Below are positions 23,528 through 34,820 of a stretch of 34,900 bases of DNA, in pieces. This stretch comes from Catajapyx aquilonaris (Eukaryota), in NCBI GenBank assembly GCA_000934665.2, contig KZ539060.1, positions 1 through 34,900 of the forward strand, given 5' to 3'. Made by a program: the position numbers and the translations under genes. The notes under the pieces are model-generated. The model did not search any database. It was not told the DNA's origin and saw nothing but the letters and a program-made list of their open reading frames with translations. Each line of letters opens with the position of its first letter. Position 1 is the stretch's first letter.

Positions 23528-23719
23528 TGTGATGGTTGACCTCCTCAGGTCATCCCTTTGACACCGAAAGGTCATTCAGGATCAGGGTCGTGGTCCAATG
23601 ATACATATAGGTTCAGAGCAACCCTGATTATTGCGTCCAGCCCGAATTGTGTAGCCCAGTCGGGGGTTGGCTCAGGCGCGCGCGCTCACCCTCCTGCCAT
23701 CTGGTGAGGTGACGTCACA
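23528..23719 (-). mobile_element. Solo LTR (192 bp)
   Basis: TGTGATG...CGTCACA termini with 4-bp TSD ATTT at 23524-27 and 23720-23. A second diverged copy is at 14710-14926. Confidence 0.7.
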
Positions 23720-24160
23720 ATTTTGTGAAACTGTGAATTTTTCCACTATCCCGACAGTATAAAGACTGGTTAGGTATGGTTTAACAATATATCAAGTTTC
23801 ATCTCCTCTATCTCAGCCCACAGCAACAAACATGTAAGACTGAAGCGTGAAAGGTTGGAAGGTCAGCTACCAAACAGCTCTCTTTGGAGTCAGTGAACAA
23901 ATGGTGCCCTTTGGCATAACTTACAACCCCTCCAGCTGGGCCTCCCACCTTCCTTCTACGCCTCTTTCTTATTCATTTGATGGAGGCCAGATCGTCGAAT
24001 CAGGCTCAGCTCAATAGCTGAAGGGAGTATGCGTGGAGGAAAGTGGGAAGACGACCTCCCTTCTGAACATCCCCGAGAGATGTCTAAATCCAAGCAGCCT
24101 GCTGGGAGACTAGACTTCAGCAAGAAGGAGATTTCCCAACGGCAGAGCAAGTCCTGCTTA

Positions 24161-25002
24161 CATGGTACGAGGTTTTCCAGCAAACCCCCCAAGGCGACAA
24201 CGTGCATCAAAAGCATCGAATCGTGCATAAAAAGCATCGAAACGTGCACCAACAGCATCGAACCTGCATTTTTTTGAAAATTTACCGCCTGAAATTTCAA
24301 ATCTGGCCGGTAGAGCCACCATGCGCGCCATGTTTGAACAGAAAAGAATTCTTAGAATCTTGGACCATGAATTAGAATGTGCACCATAGTACGAGGTTTT
24401 CTAGCAACCCGCCAATGCGACAAAGTGCATAAAAAGCATCGAACGTGTACCAACAGCATCGAAGAACGTGCACCACCAAGTGGTTCACCACTTCGGTACT
24501 CTGGTATACATCTGCAGTGGTACTCCCAGGTGTTCTGGTATACACCTGCAGAGGTACTCCCAGGTACTCTGGTATACACCTGCAGTGGTACCCCAGGTAC
24601 TCTGGTATACACCTGCAGTGGTACTCCCGGGTACTCTGGTATACACCTGCAGTGGTACTCCCGGGTACTCTGGTATACACCTGCAGTGGTACTCCCGGGT
24701 ACTCCGGTATACACCTGCAGTGGTACTCCCTGGTACCCCTTGGTACTCCTTGAATTTGGTACTCCTTGGTGCTCCTTTTTTGGTGCCCCAGTGTACGTAC
24801 AGTGTACAACAGTCGAGTGGCTAACCCCTTGAAATACATCTAACGTGCACCAAACACATCGAACGTGCACCAAAAGCATCGATCATGCTTCAAAAGCATC
24901 GAACATCCATATTCTTTTTGAATTTGCCGCGCAGGCTAGTTTCAAGTCGCGCCGCTAGAGCCATGTGCGCCATCTTTGAACAGAAAAGAATTCTTAGAAT
25001 CT
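24161..25002. repeat. Direct duplication in the divergent intergenic spacer, second unit expanded by a 34-bp minisatellite
   Basis: Units 24161-24361 and 24385-25002 both start CAT.GTACGAGGTTTTC.AGCAA, contain AAAAGCATCGAA(C)GTGCA subrepeats and end TTTGAACAGAAAAGAATTCTTAGAATCTT. Confidence 0.85.
24495..24750. repeat. 34-bp minisatellite
   Basis: GGTACTCTGGTATACACCTGCAGTGGTACTCCC(G/A) at 24495, 24529, 24563 and onward, about 7 units. It is the source of the repetitive ORFs here. Confidence 0.95.
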
Positions 25003-27294
25003 TTTCCCTTCTGTTGGAGAGGATTTGCGGCCATGAGCTCGGTTCCATTGTTTGTGATTGATCGTTATGACGAAAAAGCGGAGGTTTTTGGAAGAGAAAA
25101 AGATCCGAGAGAATGGGCCACAGGAACTTCCTTTCCTTCTATGGCCCACCGGCCCCGCGGGTTCTTTGGAGGGTTTCGAATGGCCGCGCGAATGCTGACG
25201 CGGACCTCGCAAACACATTTCCCACGTTTTAGGAGCTCCTTACAATTCGTTTTTTTTCTTCNNNNNNNNNNNNNNNNNGGGGGGGGGGGGGGGGTGGAGA
25301 GAAAGAGCAAAGGCGTCTAGAGGAATGTCCCTTAGCTGCGAATCGATCCAGTTGCTGGTCCTTACCAACAAGGATTTTATGATGAGGTCAGTTTTTCTCG
25401 AAAAGGGGAAGGGGTTACATGTTTAGTCACGACTGACTGGGCAAGACATGCATAGCTGTTCGGGTCATGGTCAATAGTAATATATCGTGCTAATCGGTTG
25501 ACGGCTCAGGGTTGGATCCGGAGAAGCAGCAGGTCTGGTTGGGTACGACCAAAATTTTTGGGTGTAACACGGTAGTCACGCATCTCCATAGCGATATCTT
25601 CTCGACAGGTGAAGTATTTCGTCGTAGAAAAAGATTTCCGGAAATACTGCCCTACAAAGGTACCCTTCCTACTTTGTTTCATCCTGACATGATGCAACAC
25701 AACGAACACACTTTGGATAATGCCGTTTGTGTACGAATTAACGAATATTCTGAGATATTCTCGTACAAATATTTTTGAGCAAAGTGTCACATGTTGGTGT
25801 TGGACCAAAATTCTGCAGGAAAGTGTCACATGTTGGTTTAGGACGAAAATTTTGTAGCACATGCTGTCATCAGTCTGAACTTTTTTTTTAGACACACGTG
25901 TCCCTTGAACCATTTTGCAGAAACATTCACATGCCATCCAGAATGTGCATCACAATATCTGCATTGTCTCACCTTTCATAGCACACCAGAACTATTTGGT
26001 CTGCATCAGAATAACCACACCTGGCATAGTTGCCATGGAGCATTGTCTGGCAGGAAAATATCTTTTTCAAAGTGGCCTTCAGCTTCCTAAAAAAAATATC
26101 ATAGACACGCGCTCTATTCCTGAGTCGATTATTTCCTACCATGCGAATGAGAGGCAACTTTTCAACCTGTTTTGTTGCACAGGATTACGAGCTGGCTACA
26201 AATTGAAGCCAGCTGCTCCGAAACTCTACATTTCCTCTCCTAGCAGGCTCTGTTGTATATTGTGTGCTCCAGTTAACGAGTTCAGACCCCAGCTATGTTT
26301 TATGCGCACTAAACGTGAATTAAAATATCTGAAACTTGCCATTGGAATCAGATAACAATCAAACTTTTTTTACACCCACTGCATATAACGGGTAGTTCAT
26401 GCTCGGAATAACTTTTATCTAATGAAGCATTAAATAACAGCGAATAGGATGTTTCACTTGGACATATTTTTTATTGGTACAAAATGGGTGCGAATAATAG
26501 GGGGGGACTGGCGAACGAAAACCGTTAAAAAACCGTTACAGCCTCGTGGCCAGATCCGCCATATTTGCGTCCTTGCATGTCCTTCATGCCACAAAAAAAA
26601 AATCTCTCTCTTTAATCATTCTCTTTGTACAAAAGTTTGCTTTAAAATTATCCAAGCAACCGAGTGTGTAGAAAAAACACGCAATTATTCCGTTTGAAGT
26701 ACGAAAATTTTGCGTAAGTTTTGCGCTAGGCTAAACAATGTTCGGTTTATTGTGGTTCATACAAAAGCTCTATTCATACCGCCACAGTTGTTAATATTCT
26801 CACTCTCGCTTTTTTTGTGTGGTAGACATACATTTTCTTAAATCTCCGCTTGTGAAAAGCACCGGGCAAGTGAAAAGAGACTGACAAAAGACAGCCATTG
26901 AGACCATGATTGATGGCTAGGTCTGTCCCAAAATGGCGACCATTTTTACAAGGCTGTGTCGAAAGATGAGAAAAGGACTTTTTGCCTCAGCCCAACGCCA
27001 TTGCCTCCATTTCCTTCCATCTTCAATATTTCCCCAGAATGCGCAAGAGCAGTCTAAAAAAAACGTAGAAGCCTCACATAGAACGAAATTGAGTTGTCAA
27101 GTTGGGGGGACCCAGCCCGGTGACAATTTCCGCAATATTACTTTTTTTGGAAGCAGAAAATTCAGCTTTGTTACGATTCAGTTTGTAAAATTATCCTATG
27201 TATGCAGAACACAAAAACGGTTACGAATAACAGTGCTGGAATAGTTGAGAATAAAATACCCGAGGGGATTACTCACTCTCCTTTAAAATGTACA

Positions 27295-27712
27295 CCATGA
27301 TTACCCTTGATTACCAATATTACATTATGATTACTCAGGTTACCCCTAATGATTACCCTGATTACTCCTAGTATTACCTAGTATTGCCACGATTACCTTG
27401 TATTGCCACTATTACCTTGTATTTCCACGATTACCTTGTATTTCCACGATTACCTTGTATTGCCACTATTACCTTGTATTGCCACAATTACCTTGTATTT
27501 CCACGATTACCCAGTATTGCTCAGATCACCTAGTATTACCCAGATTACCTTTGATAACCTTGAGATTGCCCATGCTTACGTACTTATTATTTCCTATTAT
27601 TGCCAAGATTACTAGTATTACCCAGAGTGCCTTGTGATTACCTTGAGATTTCCAATGATTACGTACCTGTCATTACCTATTATTGCTACATGATTACCAG
27701 GATTACCAAGCG
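27295..27712. repeat. GATTACC-based ~19-20-bp minisatellite
   Basis: TTGTATT(G/T)CCAC(G/T)ATTACC units at 27380-27510 with decayed flanks. Confidence 0.9.
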
Positions 27713-28869
27713 AAGTGTACACCAAATTACCAGAATAGGTAACCCCCTCCAAAAAAAACCGTTAAAAGACCGTTAGAGCCTCGCGGTCAGGCCGCCATAT
27801 TTGGCCCCCTCCATATATGAGAGTTATAATACGTAATAGTAATAGTTGCTTACAATCTGATTAATCATTGACTGACATATCACAACTAGGTTAGATACCG
27901 TTTACTTAATACTGGTTGGAAGGTTGATAACGATTTGTACCTTATCGTGTCGATTATTGATTAGTAAATTATAGTGCATGCCATTCAACGGTAGACATAG
28001 ATGAGAAGATAAGTATACTTACGAGCAGAGCTAGATTGATATAATTCGTGACCAGAACTGAATCCAGGTGATCTATTTTTTTCTGGAAGGAAAGTCTTCT
28101 GTTATCATGAAAGAACCGCCAAGTTACATGATATACACTTGCCTTGAACTCTTCAGAAAAATTCTTTTGAGGTTGTTCTTATAAAAAGTTCAGGTCATTA
28201 AAATTCCGTTGAAGAAATGCTTCAGTAAAAAAAATCTAACCGTGGTATCCTTTGATCTGCTCGTTATGAGGAGGATAAGACTAGCTTTTTCTTTCTCCAG
28301 GCGAAAGATTCTTCGCTTCGGCGGAAATATTTCAACAGAAAAGGAGACATGTTATGTTGAGATTTGCCTGTCGTAATGTGGAGTAACATAGTGTAATAGC
28401 TCGTATTTTCGTTCAGTGTCCGGCATCACATTTCCCTTTGGTGAGGTGCGAGATCCGGAAGGTTTACCACCAGCCGCAACTTTATGCGGGAATCGATACG
28501 ATCCGGATTGGAAAAGGACCGGAGAAAGCTTTTTCGCCAAAGACGAACTTGTCCAAACTGTTTGTGGTAGCTGTAGACTTTGCTTTGATATCGACTGTTG
28601 CAATGTGCTAAGATTTCGGTCGAGGACCTCTAATAATCTTGTAAGTAAAATGTTACGAGAACATTCTTAACGTTTGAAGTAGCGTTAAATAACAGCGAAT
28701 GTGAGAAAACGATGTTTCATTAAAATATAATTGTTATTGGTATTTAATCGGTGCGAATAATCGGACTAGCAAACGATCGAAAATAAAAACCGTTAAAACC
28801 CGTTAGAGCCTCGTGACCAGGCAGCCATATTTGGGGCCTTCCATGTGCGAGTTATATCCAGTTATTCAT

Positions 28870-29088
28870 GGTGTTCCAAATGCGTTTGTCGGTTTTTATA
28901 ACTGATATCGCCCGATAGTAGTACCTTATTGTTGTGCCATAACCATGTGCCCAATTTTATAGCAACTGCTACATTCGACCCCCTGGGAGTAATGGGGCAA
29001 ATGGTGATAAGGGCTCAACAAGCTACACAAAAATAACTAATATCGGGCGATATCAGTTATATAGAAAGACCCATGAATTTGGAACCCC
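28870..29088. mobile_element. MITE with ~48-bp TIRs in an intron of copy A
   Basis: GGTGTTCCAAAT..TATAACTGATATCGCCCGATA / TATCGGGCGATATCAGTTATA..ATTTGGAACCCC. TSD not resolved. Confidence 0.7.
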
Positions 29089-29272
29089 CTTTATAATATG
29101 TTACACGAACTATCTCAACGTATGAAGAAGCAGCGATAACAGCGATTTTTTTGCATTAAATGTTTCATATGAACTTTAATAGTTATTGGTACAAAGGTTT
29201 TCTAATAATAGAATGTAGCCTGTACGTTAAAATCCGTTAAGAACCGTTACAGAGCCGTTGTCAGCTGGTAAT

Positions 29273-29552
29273 TGTTTGTTTGTTTGTTTGTTATAATACC
29301 CCGTGATATGGCCACGGGCTCTCTGGGGGAAGCTTCTCAAGGGAGGGCGCTCAAGTAGTCATTTCTGACCCTCTTAAATATCAGACCTTTTCTCTTGGCC
29401 CTGGGCAGAGAAGGGAGTGCATATCTGCCCTGGCATGTCGGGTGAAAAGCGAAAAAAGACCCGACCAAGCGAAGGTGACGGGGACGGGATTTGAACCCTG
29501 GACCTCCCTCTTGGCTAGCCAGTGGCATAGACACTAGACTACCGTGCCCCCC
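29273..29552 (-). mobile_element. tRNA(Gly)-derived SINE, copy 3, with (AAAC)n tail and 9-bp TSD
   Basis: B box GGGTTCAAATCCCG, tail TGTTTGTTTGTTTG on the + strand. TSD GCTGGTAAT at 29264-29272 and 29553-29561. Confidence 0.9.
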
Positions 29553-30784
29553 GCTGGTAATAGTTAAAACCGTTATCACGTTAAAAACCGTTACAACTGT
29601 TAACAGCCGTTGAAAACCGTTAACAGACGTTGAGAACCGTTAAAAGGCCGTTAGAGCCTCGTGACCAGGCGGCCATATTTGGGCCCTTCCATATATCCAG
29701 TATAATACGCAGTAGTGGCTATGTTGCTTACAATCTGATTAACTGTTGGTTTCATTTATATTTCATTTCACTTTCAGATAGCTGATTTTGGCAATTTGCA
29801 ATTTATTTTTGAAACCTTCTCTTGATGAATTCTTCCACCCCCCCCTGTTCCATTCAAATGGAATGCATTTCACCCGATTCTCAATTCCGTTTTCCAGCAG
29901 GGATAGAGTTGAAAAAGGGAAAGGCGAAAGTTCTGAAAATTGAGTTTTAATATTAATTTGGAGTCTTGCCACCGATGGGGGATGATCGCTGCCAAATATT
30001 GACGTTCGGCTGCAAATGGATGACGTGGATGTAAAAAAAAAACATGTCGGTTTTCGTCAAGTCCATCGGACACATCTGTCCGAATGCTCCAGGGCAACAT
30101 CCATATAAAACCCTCCCTGCATTTAACACGAAACTCATCACCTTTGCGTTGAAATAAACCTCGCAACTGGAACACGGGTCTCTGGATTGAATCAATCTCA
30201 GCTGCGATACGTTGCAATTTTCTTGTCAAGCAACAGATGCAATTTAACACCAGTGTCAATTCAGACCGGACTATGTCCCTATAGCTTTTTTTTCCCCCGT
30301 TTCTATCCAACCGGTTCATGAAGGTTTCTATCCATGAGACGTCTGTCTAGATTCGAAACGGGACGACGAATTTTATGAATCTGAGTGTCCCAATTCCAGC
30401 GATATTACACCCGAGATAGTCCAATAAGGCGATTTTATTCCGCATCAAGCAGCTTCTCCAAAATTCTGGAGGGGGGGGGGNGGGGGGGGTAGAGAGGACT
30501 CGAATGAAAAAAACGCGGCTATGTGAATAGATCTGGTCTAAATCCCTACTGGTCATCTGTATAATCGAATGCCCCATTCGGAGGTAAAACAAACACTGAC
30601 GCGTGATACGAGCAGCACTCCGGGGCAAAGAGTGCCCTTCTGTGTTGACATATGTCATGGCGTCTGCTTATTAGTTTTTTTTTCGTTTGCAGTACAGTAC
30701 GCGGTACCGTTCAGAATTTTATTATGATGTTCCAGTTGAAATTGGCTTAGCTAATTTTGGCAGTAGGATGCGCATTGTATATGT

Positions 30785-32430
30785 TAGAATCCGTTACGAA
30801 CAGTTTGCAGTCGTTAGTAATAACAGTTAACCGCCGTTAACAGTCGTTAAAAACCGTTACGATCCGTTAAAAACCGTGGACAGACTGTAAGACTCGTTAC
30901 AGCCGTTAACAACCGTTATAAAGCCGCTAGTAATAGTTAACCATGTGAACTGGCATTAAAAGCCTCTAAAAACCGTTGATAGACTGTAAGAACCGTTACA
31001 GACGTTAAGCACAGTTATGATCCCGTTAGTAACAGTTAACTGTGTTACCTGCCGTTAAAAACCGCTAAAACCGTTAATGTTGACAGACTATGAGAACTGT
31101 TACAGACGTTAAGAACCGTTATAAATCCATTAGGACACGACACGTTACCCTGTTTAGAAAAATTAGTTAAGACCCTAGAATCTTTGACATTGTCAATTTC
31201 AATCTATTTTTGATCAGTTTTTAGCTGTTACTAACCGTTAACAGACGTTAAAAACCGTTAAGGACAGTTTTAAGAACAGTTACAGCAGTTTTCTGTTTTC
31301 ACCCGTTACTAACAGTTACAGCCATTGACAGCCGTTAACAGTCGTTATAAAACCGTTAAGAGTCGGTAAGGACCGTTACGTCCGTTATAGAGCCATTAGG
31401 GCACTTTCCGTGTGTTTTTAATCGGTTAAGAGCCTAGAAGCTTTGACGCTGTCAATTTCAGTATATTTGTGACCAATATATCTGTTCTAGTTCAGGTTTC
31501 AGCCGTTACTAACAATTAACAAGCGTTAATGGTCTTCAAGGACAGTTAACCCTTTAATTGGCAATCTATCTCTGGAGATTGATACATTTTCAAACATTTT
31601 AAACGGGCCCACCAGAGAGAAAGAGCGCGAAAATGGATGGTGTATATTCTGGGACACAACATCTAGTAATTTATAAGTGTACTTCGCCATCTGTTGGGAA
31701 AAGCCTTCACCATGGGGGAAAAAAAGAANTCCAACATGGCGCCGCTGAGAAAATTAATTATTTTTATTGTCGTAACGTGGTTTTGAGAGACGAAATTGGG
31801 CACACATGTCTTAGGGACCATACTCTTCAAATCCAGATATGGTTCCACCCAAGTGCCACCCCAGTTTTCGCCCCGGAGGCTGGTTGGCTACATTGAATCG
31901 AGTGAAAAGTATTTTTCTGAGTGAACTATGCTTCTCAGAAGGATATGTGCCAAACAAAGGTTGTAGAGAAACATATGTTCTACAAAAATGTATAAGTACC
32001 TTTTCCACGTACTGTCCGTATTTTCGGAGCTACAGCGACTTGAAAGAGACTTTTCACTCGCTGAAGGGTAGGCAACCAGCAATTACGGGCCTCCGGGGCG
32101 AAAACGGGCATGGTGCCAAATCTGAATTTGAATAGTATGGTCCCAAAGACATTCCTACAAAATTTTAAGCTTTCATCACCAAGTGCACTGACCCTCGACA
32201 TGGAAGGCAACAATAAAACGAAATTCATCAATTGCAGCGTATCATACCAATTGTTTTAGTTGAGAAATACAACTGCCATAATTTTACTAATGTCCTTTCC
32301 AAGTTTGCCAATTAAAGGGTCAAACCCGTTACAAGTTGGTTAGAACCGTTAGAGCCGTTAGTAGGACACTTTACGTATGGTACACTTTTAAAACAAGTTA
32401 AGGGCATAGAATCAATTATTTGTGATCAAT
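30785..32430. repeat. AACCGTTA/CAGTTA degenerate array (last large intron of copy A), interrupted by a piggyBac MITE
   Basis: Dense (A/G)CCGTTA(A/C/G) motifs at 30785-31549 and 32320-32400. Confidence 0.8.
31550..32319. mobile_element. piggyBac-type non-autonomous element (770 bp) with internal inverted repeat
   Basis: TTAA-CCCTTTAATTGGCAA ... TTGCCAATTAAAGGG-TCAA: perfect 15-bp TIR and TTAA TSD with one mismatch. Internal IR at ~31806-31922 / ~32038-32152. Confidence 0.85.
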
Positions 32431-33211
32431 GCTCTTGTTCTAGCCTATTCACATCCTCCTGATACATTATTCTAGGCACCAACCTACTTTCATGTCACAT
32501 TTTTTATTCATAGATAGTTTCATACGCTTCTTTAGAGCCATGCAGTCTATGCAACACAGGCAAAAAAAAGTCAGGATAGAAAAAGTTGAAAGCCTAATGA
32601 GAGAAGGCCATGATTAGGGGAGATGCAGGCCTAGCAGTACCAGTTTACCGGGCGAATAATATCCCTCGGGGACGATTGCTCGCAGCGGAAATGGAGGGGC
32701 TCAGGTCGTGGGAGAGGATGAACAGTTTCGACTACAACCATGTCCTGCTCGTACTATATACACTCTTGTGTAAAGCTAGGGAGGGGATCAAGAGGGATTT
32801 GGCTTTACTCAAAAGTCAAGGGAATTGTAGGGAAAATTTAATAATGTAAAGTGCGGTGGGTGTGATACATGGATAATAATTGAATGAAAGTTGAAATTCA
32901 TTAGGTATGTCACCTGTAAGTGTTCCGATTGTTCTGTCTTGCACAATTTAATCGTTTCACATTGTTCCTGACTATGAACAGAGGATTTGTGTAAATCTGG
33001 AATCGGTTCAAATTCGTCGTAAAGAAATAGGGGATTTATGCAAATTAACGGACGTTAATCACCTCAAACATTTCTGCAATTCGACTTTGTTCGAATTCTA
33101 TAAAAAAACGGATTGATTTTTTTTTTCGTTTTCGCAGACTCTCTAGCCGGTGGCGATCTTAACAGGAACGTTTTCTAGAAAGGAATGGCTGCCATCTCTC
33201 TTCTGTGAGTT

Positions 33212-33682
33212 ATGCCCCTCCTCAATGCGACTTATCCTATATATCTTGGCTGCATGGACAGTTTTATCAAGGCGCAAGAAGCTTACTGTTTGCTAAACTG
33301 CTTTCAGTTCCACCCCAAATATTCCTTCTTGTCGGATTTTCCGGGGTGCGACGAAAGAAAGAATGTTTATTTACATTGTCCTCTAGATTTTCTTTTCAAG
33401 AAAACGGAAAAAAAATCTAAGCCAAAGTTGGCAGTGCTTTTTTATTCATTGCCCTTAAGGTATGTTTTATATTTGCAACACAAAAGAGGAGCCATTAAAA
33501 CTGTGCATCAGCAAATAGAATTTTTGTCATCTGGTATAAAAAAGGAACGAATGGAACAGTTGGACTCGATTGCTCCGACTGGAAAATGTTTCAAGATTCT
33601 GTCAAATAAATACGACGATGCTGCCTTTTCCACGTACTTTTGCCAGCAATCCTCGGAGAGTCTGAACAATATTGCGCCATAG
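33212..33682 (+). other. Unassigned 156-codon open frame in non-repetitive sequence
   Basis: Uninterrupted high-complexity frame downstream of copy A. No recognisable motif, and the coding strand is uncertain. Confidence 0.2.
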
Positions 33683-33859
33683 TAAACTTTTGGACCCATT
33701 TTCAGAATAGGACAGCTCGAGCACAAGTTAGATCCAGTTAGAGACTGCCGGCACCATGTTCACAAGTAATGGTTACAAGGTATTGTTTCTACTATTCACT
33801 GAGAAAATATTTCATGTAATTTTTCTAGTGGATTATAAAAGAAATCAGTTGCGTTGGAA

Positions 33860-34820
33860 ACTGATGGAAATGGCCGGTAATTTTCGTTAAAATTGGCGCT
33901 AATATTTACCCTTACAGTTGATCGTTATTTTCCGTTATAACTGGCGGGAACTTTTTCGTTGAAAATGACTGGAAATGTATGTTAAAGTGGCTGGGAATTT
34001 CCGTCAAAATTGGCAAGAATTATTCAGTTACATTTGGCACGAATATTGACCGTTATATTTGACCGTTATTTTCCGTTATAACTGCTGGCGAGAACTTTTT
34101 CGTTGAAAATGGTGGGAAATGTCTGTTGGAAATGGCTGAAAATTTCCGTGAAAATTGACCCAAATATTTGCTGTTACATTTGACCGTTATTTTCCGCTAA
34201 ATGTGGCGGGTATTTTTCCGTTGAATATTACTAGAAATGTACGTTAAAGTGGCTGGAAATTTCCGTCAAAATTGGCAAGAATTTTTCAGTTACCTTTAGC
34301 GCTAATATTGACCGTTACATTTGACCGTTATTTTCCGTGGAATGTGGGGGTTATTTTCCTTTGAAAGTTGAGAGAACTTTTCCTTTAATATTGGCGTGAA
34401 TTTCCGTGGAATGTGGGGGTTCTTTTCCTTTGAAAGTTGAGAGAACTTTTCCGTTAATATTCGCGTGAATTTCCGTTAATATTCGCGACAGTTTTTCAGT
34501 TGTCTTTAAGCCGAACATTGACCGTTACATTTGACCGTCATTTTCCGTGGAAAGTGGGAGTTATTTTCATTTGAAAGTTGAGAGAACATTTCCGTTAAAA
34601 TTGGCGAGAATTTTTCAGTTGCCTTTATCGCGAATATTTTTCGTTACATTTGACATTTATTTTCCGTTAAAAGTAGCGGGAACTATTCCGTTGAAATGTC
34701 TGTTGAAAATGGCTGGAAATTTTCGTTACAATGGCGGGAATTTTTCAGTAGGCCTACCTTTGGCGCGAATATTTTCCGTTACATTTGGCCGTTATTTTCC
34801 GTTAGAGGGTTTTTCCAAAA
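33860..34820. repeat. TTTTCCGTTA/TGGCGGGAA degenerate tandem array
   Basis: Recurring GTTACATTTGACCGTTATTTTCCGTT..TGGCGGGAA..TTTCCGTTGAAA..TGGCTGGAAATTTCCGT units. Confidence 0.85.

Larger units (their letters stand above)
25033..32849 (+). pseudogene. Decayed multi-exon KDZ/Zisupton-like transposase with CxC4-like domain, copy A (5' limit uncertain)
   Basis: Exon 28417-28640 (ttcag|...|gtaagt; ATLCGNRYDP..VCGSCRLCFDIDCC..NNL) splices in frame to 29778 (tttcag|IADFGNLQFI /fs/ LDEFFHPPLFHSNGMHFTRF). Then TFGCKWMTW..GHICPN.PGQHP..AFNTKLITF (first D read as N); STPGQRVPFCVDICHGVC (30614-30667); SE..DVPVE..NF..RIVY|gttag (30782); exon 32444+ HYSRHQPTFMSHFLFID.FH..SH and AAEMEG (32682-32699). Upstream Cys/His islands lie at 25512-26355. 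Confidence 0.75.

Noticed and set aside
24352..24879. Long overlapping ORFs (102-175 aa) on both strands
   Set aside because: Artefacts of a stop-free 34-bp minisatellite.
25973..26328. Two phase-compatible minus-strand exons with good splice signals (tttcag|..|gtagga..ttttag|..|gtgaga)
   Set aside because: The joined frame has two TAG stops and no recognisable motif, while the plus strand gives Cys/His finger motifs consistent with copy A. Not fully excluded.
1..32849. Reassigned genetic code (many in-frame TAA/TAG in otherwise sensible frames)
   Set aside because: TGA stops, frameshifts and substituted catalytic residues occur too, so ordinary pseudogene decay explains it.
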